Shown piece by piece: positions 1-10,900 of a stretch of 64,000 nt of DNA (position 1 is its first letter; the number at the start of each line of letters is the position of its first letter). The DNA lies in NCBI GenBank assembly GCA_040954595.2, contig CM082593.2, positions 2,683,434-2,747,433 on the forward strand. Direction: 5' to 3'. The notes beneath the pieces were generated by a model. That model searched no databases. It had not been told where the DNA came from and was given only the letters and a program-made list of their open reading frames with translations. Position numbers and translations under genes: made by a program. Source of the stretch: Balanoglossus misakiensis. Taxonomy: Eukaryota > Animalia > Hemichordata.

Positions 1-2259
1 CTTGTCTTCCTTCGTACGCATGTCTGTCTGCCTGTGATATTTAGTTTTTTGACGTACCGGCACATAATTTGAAAACCGTACATATATATATTAAAACTAG
101 TATCGGACTCGAAAAATGAGAAATTACCAAAATTGAAATATCCAACAAGCTTAGCTGTAATAAAACTTTCACAAACTGTTTTCCTCGTAAAAATGATCGA
201 TAGCAGTAAGAGGCTTAGGATTTGGTTGTCGTGTCTTTCCCTTGCAATACGAGGATCATGGAAGCATCCATAAATTTAACGGACAGCAGTCAACTGCACA
301 CCGCCCGCTGAATGTGACAATTGCGTATGCAACCACCGTTGTCCGTGATACAACCAATTGCTTAACATATTATGATGCGTGCACGTGTTATTCTAATTTG
401 AGTCTTACACGTAAGGGGGTCAGTCTAACTGTGTCACGTTTTCTAGATGTGGGGACACTATAACGTCTACAAGAAAGTGTACCTGCCCAGGAAACAAACC
501 ACAAGACAATTGATGCATTTGAAGGTCATTTTGAAACATTCAATCCAGGCAACATGGTATGACATCAGAGTTAATATATAGACTTCATACACTACCCTTT
601 TATCGGCTTTACGTCTGTTCTCCGTGCAATTAAAACGCCGGATAGTCTCATTCCAAACGGTGTATGCTACTTAACCTTAGAATAGGGGAAATGGCCTTTT
701 AACTGATATTTTGGGTTATATTGGGTGTTTATGTCGTTTGCCCAATGAACCAACAGTTGCAAGACAGTCGTGCAAGGTTCCAAAGTCCGTGTGTTGTGTA
801 TTGCCATAAGGTTTCTGGTGTCGGGCTGTCCCTTCCCATTGGGTAAAAAAAACTCTGTCGGGGTGACATGTCTCGCTTTAACACCTGCAAGAATAAACCG
901 GATGTGACTACAAAACTACTAATCCAAATCGATGGACTACTCACACTCCCCGTCAACGGAAAACCAAAATGACGTGAAAGCGCTTTTTTTCTGTCTATAT
1001 TTCACAGTTTTACGACCAGGAAATTTTCATCCAACTTCCGCTCGTCAAAGCTTCCCAGAGCTTGATTGTCTGATGTGCGATCCACATCCTGGCTTCCCTG
1101 AGAGAGAAACAAACCCTCGAATATTTGATAATGTATGCACTCAAATAATTACTTTAAAAACAAAATGACATATTGACACCGAGCTGATATGTAAGATGTT
1201 TTAAATCATTAGTTCCCCGTATCTCAGGTTGGTGTCGAAAAAGTTCGCTATCTTCATACGCATAAGTTATACTTCTGATGAAAGTTTATTTTTTCAGGAG
1301 TTTGACCAACTCATACAGACTTCCACAGTAAAATGAAAAGTCTTTTATTCATCGAAAGCTTGGATAACATCTTGGACGTTTAGAACTGATAAATTTATGT
1401 TTGGATCTTTCAAACTCGTCCAGAACCTACGCCGCAACAGACGTAGGCCCTATACTTAAAAAAAGTTGGATGGCCAACGTTTTTTTTTTAACGCCACACC
1501 ACGTGTCTGAGCAGTTAGCCAGGTATAAACAGCAAAGGTGAGAGAGTGTTTGTATTCTGTGGAGCACGTTTTCTTGTTTTTTCTTGCGGGTAATCTGAAG
1601 CACAGACCATAGATGGACTGTGAAGCAGTAGCGATTGTGCGGCGGTTTGGTGTCTGAGAAATGGAAGATTGTGTAAAGGTTATGGGTCACGCTTTAAAAA
1701 CTTCTGTAACGGTTGACATAATACAACCGGCAATTAGCAGGCAGTTGCCAAAGTCTGATACGTGCACGTTATTGCTGTCGCTACGGGAGTGACCATACAC
1801 TATTAGCACGAAGCTTTTAACGGTCCAAATTACCACGGACAGTGGAGAGGAAGGACTTTAATCTAGTGACACAGTCATGACAGTCGAGTCTGAAAATTGT
1901 TCCCGTCCGCAGTACGTCAACACAGAGCGATTTAATGCGGTCACTGACCGAGCCTTTTGATAATTTGATGACTGCCAAGCGGGTTGCTCTTTAAGTTTAT
2001 ACTGGTTTCTATGGTGACTGGCGTGGGATGAGTCGTTAGTCCGGTGGTGACGGCAGCTGTATTGGACCCCCTCTGTCGATTTCACGTCAAATCACGCAAC
2101 GTCATCTTCAGTTATTGAACGCGTTTAAAACGGGCATGTCGACTAAGCGTAGGGGCAAGCTCTTTCAATATAAGTCATTTTAACGTGGGCCGTAAAAGTC
2201 GAAATGCTCCCATATCCGTGAGAGATTTACGAAGTTCCCGGCGACTCGTAGTAGAGTTC

Positions 2260-2900
2260 GGTCGCATGTGAACCCGGAAGTCAGAAATAATAACAAATTA
2301 GCATAATAAATGCAAGTGAGTAATGTCAGGCACGTGTGTGGAGCGATCGATCTCCATATATGGTAATATAAAGGGTTTTTGCCGCTGAGGTTGCAACATC
2401 AAAGGCGCCGACTGCTCCACCTCCAAACAGGCCCCGCCCCCCAGCACTTCGAAAGTCGCGTATTTCAGGTCTCGCCAGGGCCCAATGCTTTGTTATTTCG
2501 CAAATGAAACATTTCGAAAAAAATGCATAAGACGCTGGAGCTTTCTGGACTCCGTTCCCACCGACGAAACAGCCGACACTCGCCAACGTCAGACCCATGT
2601 GGAAGGCTTATGCGAACGATGTGGACTAAATCTAATAAACAACGTCGGCGAGATCAAAGGCACGGAATGTAAACAAGAAAACAATAGTGGTTCTGTGTTT
2701 CACTGGCGAAGCCATTCAAAAAATCGGACGACCTGAAAAGATAGCTACAGCTAAATATAACTGTAAGTTTGGGTTAGCCTTTGCCACATTTTCTGAAGAA
2801 TATACCCCGAAATTTTGCACTTTAATTATCGCGGAGAACGCTGGACGTGAGATGAGAAAGTAACTTAGCGCAAGAGAGGGCGGGGCCAGCATTCAGCGAA
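2260..2900. promoter_or_regulatory. CpG-rich upstream enhancer/promoter-like region with two optimal TCF sites
   Basis: ETS CCGGAAGT (~2274), CATCAAAGG (2397-2405), GC boxes GCCCCGCCCC (~2432) and GGGCGGGG (~2878), and AGATCAAAGG (2651-2660) directly preceded by CGGCG. Confidence 0.4.
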
Positions 2901-3383
2901 TTCTTAAGACTTGACACTTTTCAATAACGGTTGGAAGTTTGAATGGCTAGTTTTCCCACTGGGGCCGGTTCTTGGGCAAATTCGCCTACAAGTAAATACA
3001 GCTAAACATGCAATTAACTGCACGTTTTCTGCCGCTAAACCGCGAGCAAGGACGAAAATGCTGGTCCGCGACTTGTTTCTGCATGGCATCTCAAGTCACA
3101 TCCCTGTACCCACGGCTTCTAGGCAGCCCCTTTAAAGCGCTTCTATTTTAATCCCTGAGCAAATTTGCCGGACAGTCATGCATTCGGTGATCGGAAAAAA
3201 GCTTGAAACATGTTCGCCGCTGATTGAGTCCTTTCTGGCGCTGGGCCAAACGACAAAGACATCTTCGATTTAGCAGTCACCTGCTCAAAGGACCGGAAAT
3301 GCCTCTCAAGACAAAAGTGTCTCTTAAAGTTCGCTGAATCTGCCAATATTATGTTTGGAGTGGGGAGTCTAGAGATGATGACC

Positions 3384-3389
<6 letters not shown>

Positions 3390-3475
<86 letters not shown>
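3390..3475. repeat. (GA)43 microsatellite
   Basis: Perfect GA run. It produces the spurious poly-ER ORF. Confidence 0.98.
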
Positions 3476-3478
<3 letters not shown>

Positions 3479-5043
3479 GGGCTATGGGCTATGTGTAGAT
3501 ACAATGTTCAAGCTTTCTCAATATTTATGGCAACCGGAACGTATCTTCAAGCTTGTAGAATTTGGCGTTCAAATAAGAGTAATATTTACAAACACTTCAC
3601 AGTTTATATGTGCAGCAGATGAGAAATTGACGGCTGGCTGCCACTTCATGCCACCTTTCCTCGCTTCTGTCAAAGCGCTCCGCCAGTTTTCTGCAGCACT
3701 GTAGCTCGAGGTTTTGCCTGGATTTGGCAAACATGTCAATGAAGTAAACATGTAAAGTTAGAAAATGGCATATTTTGTTCAAAACTATTCATGAAAACAT
3801 GAAACCTGTTTTGTCCTTTTCTCGTTGTGATATCTGCGAAAAGATTTCCGAGAAAGTCAGCATCGCCTCGCCATATTATTGGTCTCATTTCTCGCTGTGG
3901 ACTGCCAACAGTCCCTCACAAAAACACAAACGTTTCACCACGGGCAATATCTTGTTATTTGCATATTAGATGTCTGACATCTGGGAGATGTGTGAGTGTG
4001 GAGTGCGTGGACAGTTGAGAAAAATTCTCCCCTCTACCGCCAGAGTGAAAAGTTCTCAGTCGTATGACGTCATGCAGTCGCCACGCATGCTCGGTCCAGA
4101 TTCGAAGCAAGGTCAAAGTGTATGTACGTACTTCATGGCATCTTACGTTCTTGCCTGAATATGTTTACGTGAAAGATAGTTTTGTTATGCATATATACAT
4201 AACTTAATCTAGGGCCTATGTTTTATATTTTAGGGGTTCGTCTACACGACAAAAAGACAATAAATACGGGCGAATTCCAGCTGATCGGTGTCAATGGATT
4301 CACACGTTGGTAAGGACAATGATGCCTGTACATAGGCCTAAACGTTCAAACTCAACGCCCTCATTACTGTCACCTCCTTATTGTACTGATACCCGCATGG
4401 ACCTCGGCTTTGCAAGTCGTTTTTGATCACGCTTTTTGTTATTGTCGTTATATGTTAACGGAGGACCATGTTATCTTTGTCAAATCACATGCAGTCGTCC
4501 CCTGGCCCTCTGTGGTCAAATCAAAATTGTTGAGTCGGTGTCACGTGTCCTGTCTGGTAGGGGCGGGGAGCGTATGAGTGTAGTATAGTATAGACGTCTA
4601 TACTGTTATTTTCTGGCAGTCCCGTGTCTTTTATGACTGATTTTTCCCTCACGATTTTTCGTGATGCCATTGTACACACAAATGTCATCCATATATAAAA
4701 CGCACATGGCCCCCAGAAACGACAGGAAGCCTGCGAACCCAGGAGAAAACGTGGGAAGGAAAGCAAAAGTGGCGGCGTATTCTTGAAGGCATTTCGTGGT
4801 TTTGTCGCTATCTTTTGAAGTCTAAGTTTTTTTCTTATAAATGTATATCGGTATTGTGTTGTCTTCTTTTTGGTTTTGTTTCTAATTTAAAGTGTGTTCT
4901 CTTTCCGTGATTAAATGCGCCGCGGCGTCTCTCACTCAAGATCCGTAATGAATGGCAGCTTGATCAAATAAAACTCGTAAATTTAACAGAACTGTTACGT
5001 AAATGTACATGGCTTTGGCAATTCAATCCTTGATTACAATTCT

Positions 5044-5055
5044 GAGAGAGAGAGA

Positions 5056-5087
<32 letters not shown>
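5044..5087. repeat. (GA)n microsatellite
   Basis: About 22 units with one interruption. Confidence 0.95.
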
Positions 5088-5091
<4 letters not shown>

Positions 5092-6117
5092 CGACATCAC
5101 CATGGGAATAGAGTCACGTGCACTTACTGTCATATCAGAGACATGGCTTGCAGCACGCGCTGTAAATCCTGATCGCATGGTATATAGACAAATGTCGAAA
5201 TAGAGATGGTATAGGATTATACCCTCACATTACAGCTAATTTTGGCGTGGTATTTGATAAAGCCCTCAGTCTATTCCGTGCGGGCCCCTATCGAGTGCGC
5301 GTCATATATGTTTATTATGTTTGTTAATTCATAGACAGACGGGAGGGGTCTGCCATGCTTGAAAGAAAATGATTTTGAAACCTCGTGCAAATGCATGCCT
5401 ATTGTTTATAAGGTAATCTAATCAAACCACGTAACATCGGGTTGACACTACCGCCCTTAAAATGGTACTTAAGAATGGGAGACACACTTGTTGTTTAGCA
5501 ACTATGTGCGAATAGCCCGCACGCGTACGCCCGACAGATCGCCAGTCATCACACCTCGAAACCAGCCCAATAATTTAATACGTGACGATTATTTCGAAGA
5601 TTTTTTTCTTTACAGAGAACATTGTCTTGTTCTATCTCTGGTAGAAATCGTGTGTACAGACTTGTCCCCCTCTGTAAAGTTATTTGAGCATAATATGTTT
5701 ATGCGCTTATTTTATTATGCAACATATACAGACAGAACCCCAGACACACTTCTGTCGGGACAAACAACCTTGTGGTCGGAAAAGTTTCGAGTCAAATACC
5801 ACAGCGTGCGGTCACGGGTGTAAAAAGATCTCCGTAGTGAGGTCATCAGCTGTTATTCTACTGCCAATTTCTTTCCATTTAATAGTGAGCAAATAATCCA
5901 TGGGAATTATTTATCAAAAAAGGGGGTGTGCATGCCGCAACAGCAGCGAGGCTACCCAGGAAATGTGAACAAACCACGCGATAAATCCTTTCACGTAGGC
6001 GACGGACTTCAAAGCGGAAATATTGTCACCGCCGTTGTCATGATAACGAAGTACACATTTACCTGTAGGAAAGGACTGCTGCCGAATGTCCCTGTCTTGT
6101 ACCCTCGTCTGTCTGCC

Positions 6118-6121
<4 letters not shown>

Positions 6122-6158
<37 letters not shown>
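6122..6158. repeat. (TG)n microsatellite
   Basis: About 18 perfect units. Confidence 0.95.
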
Positions 6159-6159
<1 letters not shown>

Positions 6160-7489
6160 AGTCATTCGGTTGGGTCTGTATGTTCACGGGGGAGGCGTAA
6201 TCTGTCATATTAGATAACTATAAAGTCACGTTTATAATTATCATAGTTTTGTACGCGATAACGCTTGCCTACTCAAATACAGAATTCGAATTTGAACTAT
6301 ATTGTCGGCTTTTCTAATTTTCGGTACACCAGCTATGTCAAAACGTTTCAGATTTACAGGTATATTACACAAAGCAGCTCACGAAGCTAGTCACATCGCA
6401 TTAGTCTGTGGTATTGATCAAGCGTGAAGTCTGAAATCAAAAGCCGTGTTCAAACAATAATGCGTGTTGATAAGAGATAATGATCGGGACCTTGAACTTC
6501 TCTGTTTGCTGGAAGGTGTGCCAATCCTTTTTACGAAAGATTTTACTACTATCGTGACAACGCGTAATAGTAGCAACGAATATACCGAGTGTGAACAATA
6601 GAAAGGGAGGGGTCGTATTGTCAGTTAGAGTAATTAATTAAGTTTATTGGTGGTAGACAAAAAAGCACAGATGACGTGATAACACTCAATCAGCGAACAG
6701 TATTAAGTTCGTTGTGGAATTTTGAAAAAAACGGATCGGCTGTGATTGGATAACGGGAACAAAGTTTTTGTCCCTTATCAATTGAAACACATGAGGGTAG
6801 GTATAAATTGATTTGTCTGCATTGGTTACGGAAATTCTACATCAGATGTTTATACTTTTAAATATTATGGAATTGCGAAATAAGAAACTTGTACAGAAAG
6901 GAAAAATCCTGAGTTTTGTGCATAAAAGACGAGGGTTCTCCAATAATCCAATATTATCACAATGGCACATTCTACTATGTAATTCATTATTCATAACTTG
7001 ATATACACATTGTCTGATTTCCAAAGCAACGCGAAATATACACGCCCAATAACAAATGCATTTTCAGCTCCGTGTATGTTAATATACTGAGATATATATT
7101 TATATTACATTACATTTTATTATAATATATACATCATAATATATATAGTGGACAAATAGTGAAATTTTGTCATTATTACATTACGCAGTTACATATACAA
7201 ATGTATGTTAATTTTGTCACTACTGTTTAGTTGACTTTCGCAATTTAATATAATATTTTCTTTGCCAACTCAAGGAATATCGAATCTAACGTGCAAATTG
7301 GCGCATAGACTTACTGGTAATCTAATAACGCCACGTTGACGATTTTTTTTTTCTGATCCATTCTTGTATGTCATGTCTAATTCAGTTTTACAGTTTTGTG
7401 TATTTGCTTTCCAAATTTATGATATTGTGTTGTTGACAAGAATGTAGTGTACGTACACAATGAAATAAAATGAATACCTAATTATTACA

Positions 7490-7723
7490 TCACTGCCCAA
7501 CTTCTATTCTCTGATTGGCCTACAGTTTGATAAGCTGTCGAGTGAGCTGTCAATCAAGGGCGCGGTGTAAGCTTTGATGTGATCCAGTCGCCGCCGAGTC
7601 TGTACACAAGTTATGCTAGAACTGTAGTCGGATTCAACGTGCTGAAGGAGTCACTGGAAATATATACCGAGTTTTTTGCCGGATAACGGAGGCCCAACCA
7701 CGGCTAGATCGCACGGTGTGACA
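7490..7723 (+). promoter_or_regulatory. TCF proximal promoter / 5' UTR
   Basis: Transition from very AT-rich DNA to CpG-containing DNA. Motifs: reverse CCAAT box (ctgATTGGcc, 7511-7520), reverse PBX-MEIS/PREP decamer CTGTCAATCA (7547-7556), TCF site GCTTTGATG (7571-7579) and Helper site GCCGCCG (7590-7596). TSS cannot be determined. Confidence 0.65.
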
Positions 7724-7912
7724 ATGCCTCAGCAGCCCAGCGATGGCGGGGATGATCTAGGGGCAAACGATGAAATAATACCGTTCAAAGACGAGGGAGA
7801 GCAGGAAGAAAAGTCCAGTGAGAGCGTATCAGGCTCAGCCGACCAACTAAATGACATCAAGTCAAGTCTTGTGAATGAGGGGGAAAGTTCCCAGTCAAAC
7901 AGTAATTCCGAG
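7724..7912 (+). CDS. TCF: TCF coding exon 1: beta-catenin-binding domain
   Basis: Encodes [63 protein letters not shown] (63 codons). Start context acaATGc. Donor GAG|gttcgt, phase 0, at the position equivalent to vertebrate TCF7L2 intron 1. Confidence 0.95.
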
Positions 7913-10900
7913 GTTCGTGATATTCATGCAGACATCGCCATTTGGTATTTTTCAAGCTTGCTAGAGGCTGATTTTTGTGTGTTCTTTCGTCCATGTAGGG
8001 AAATAAACAGCTAGTACCAGGTCAGAACTATGGAGGTTCAACGAAGGACCGTAGCTCGAAGAAAGTTTCGTCGACCGTTGCAGGTAACGTAGTAATTGTT
8101 TTGTTGGGTTTCAAACTTTTCTCAAGGATTTCACCCGATCGCTGCATACGAGTGGATATGTGGCTCGTGTCTGACGATCGACGTTGAATTTTACTTGGTA
8201 TTTTGGCCTGATCCTCCTATATATACACAAAAATGGCGTTAGTAGCGCTCGCCGAGCTGACCCGAATTTTTCTTCACTTCAAAATGCAGGAAACAAGAGC
8301 AACCACCACCACACTACAAAGGCTGCGGGCTTTGGTCCCATACCGCTACTACACAGCGATTTGCACGTCCCGTACCCTCCAAATGGCTCCATGGTACCGT
8401 CGAGTATGGTAGGTGGACGTAGCAGTTTGTGGCTGCGTCGATTATTGTAGTATTATCGGCCCAATTTGCCGGCAACTTTGGTGTTTTTGTGTAGTGTTTT
8501 TACTGACGTTGCCTCTATTGTACACAGTATGTACGTTACAAGTGTGGGGTTGTACATTTCAAAACCAGCCCCGAGCACCGATCGTTGAAAATTTTTCCCC
8601 GGATAGACTTTCCGAAGAGACGTTTACCCCCGGTTCCGATTTCACTGGGTCATTAAGAGGTTAAACCTACTATCTATGGAAATCATGAGCGTTATTTCAG
8701 AGTTTCACACCCCCTGTACAGCGATCGCCGCAGTGGAAACTGAACTTGACCTGCGCACCAAGCCAACTGTGTTCAAATTTTTTTGTTTGTACAATGATTC
8801 GGGCCGTCGCACTCTGTGAAGTATCTCGCCGATTGTGTGGTGTACACGCGAATTCTGTCACCAGGACTGGTCTCTTGCTGTTTATATCAGTTCGTTTCCA
8901 CTGTGTATAGATTTAGAACAAAAAAACTGATGTGTAATCGGAGAATGGAGTAAAAATTGTGAGGCCGTAAAATGGGGGTATCCCCGGCGAGTAGAGGTCA
9001 TTGTTTTATTTTTTAACCGCTGCACCCAACGTTATTCTTCCGCCGAATGAGCGGTGAAATCCGTCCTGGCTTGAAACACTGTTATTATTTACAGGGGTTG
9101 GGCATTTTGTGTGGTTGTTGTGTACAAACTCAGTCGTGTTGGCCTCTCACGGAGTTGTAGGTTTAGGGTGTTTCGGCTGACAGCAATGCGAAGACGTGTT
9201 GTACTAGTATGAAAGAACGTGGCCCTGTTGGGATTTCTGTTCAACCTCCATGTCATTGTCTGAGAAGCATAGGCACCGAATCCGTGTTGAGATCAGCGAC
9301 ATGAAAGGGCATTATTGCCTTGCTTCTAAATGTCAAATTATTGTGTTTTATGGCGCCATTATCAGGCCTAGTGGTGTTTTTATCGGTATGAGAGCTTGCA
9401 AGGTGTTCAGTGTGTACTTGTGTACATGTATACGCAGGGACCTGATATGGGTTGTCGATTTCAGTGCGCGCTCTGCGCCCTGAAATTGACAACCGCGCAC
9501 TGAAATTGACAAACGCGCACTGAGGACTGAAATTGACAACCGCGCGCTGCGGACTGAAATCGACAACCCCTATTAGATATTGTTATGCTAATATTACTAA
9601 ATTTCCCCAATGTAGGCCACCTTGTATTTAATAAACATTTTTGAAAATTAAAAAAAATATATATGGAATATTGAATTATGAAAACTGCTCCTTAAATTGG
9701 TCTTGTAGTTGTTTCTAGAATAAACTAGCAACATGCAGGTAGGAGTTGCATAAAATTTTGACCCACGGGAATGGGGTAACAGACAGTGGTCAAGGATTTT
9801 CACTTGTTAGCTTTGGAAAAATAGTCCTGTTTGTCCAGCATGTGTGTACAGCACATCTAAATTCAAGCGTGCCTCCCAACAGTGTCCTTGACAGAAAACC
9901 TGTCACTGCCCTCACCAATGGCAGACAGGAAATACTCTTTTCGCCTTTTCCCGTGATTTATTATTATTGCAAATTTTCTCTAACCGCTGAACCAGTTACG
10001 ATGAATGACAATTTGGACAAATTTCACAGTCCTGTGGTTTTTTCCTCCCATTACCACTAGCCCAGAAATAGACTGACTAATCAAGTTTCTGTCAGAAGGA
10101 GCGAAAAAAATATGTCACCAGAGAAATCTCTGGACATACAGGGATTAAAATATTAAAATTTGTGATATATATGTGATATATGCATACAGTAAAACTTGTC
10201 TATACCAAACATCTTTTCTGTCCCTTTGACAAGAACCACATGTTAAAAGAACCTCTATAAACTGGACAGCTCTGAAAACTGAACAATTTCTTCAGTCCCT
10301 AAATGGTGTTCAGTTTATACAGGTTAACTCTATATATAAACTAATATATAAATACACACACATGTTTTTAACTATTGCCAGTGTAACAGAACATACACAA
10401 AAAATATTACAAGTGGTGTTTTCCACTCTGCAGTTCACATTTTGACCTACTTACAAAATGTTTATGGAAGCTGTATGGAATACACAGTAGAGGTGATAGA
10501 GTTTAGAAAACCCAACAAAGCATAGAAGCCAAAAACAGCTGATTTGAATTTTTCGAAGCCATGACACATTTTTCAGTCAGCCTGACAATTTTTGTGTAGG
10601 AAGCAATCTGACCAAGCATATTTTTGTGCGTCACAAAAATTGAAATTTAAAAATTGGTCATACAAAACAGTGCAAGCATTGGATGTTTTATTAGATTGTT
10701 GTCAAAAATATTTAGAAGAAGTGGCTGGCAAACTGAGGAAAATTATTACAGATATTTTGCTTACTGGCTGACTAGTACCGGGACCCTCATCCTTGGCCTT
10801 TGGTCATACAACCATAATAATAGTTGTAAATCTAAAAATAAGTAACGAGGAACAACAAACGCGAAGTGAAGAATAACGTTATCTGGGATTATGTGATAAT

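Noticed and set aside
3351-3704. ORF with poly-ER tract, and similar ORFs at 5003, 5914/5926 and 45480
   Set aside because: Translations of GA/TG microsatellites with no domain or splice support.
7613-7627. uORF ATG CTA GAA CTG TAG
   Set aside because: Poor start context, and it is unknown whether it lies inside the transcript because the TSS is not determined.
7676-7723. N-terminal extension from TTG 7676 given by the ORF track
   Set aside because: Family-conserved MPQ starts at ATG 7724 in good context. A TTG start reflects a bacterial-style ORF caller.
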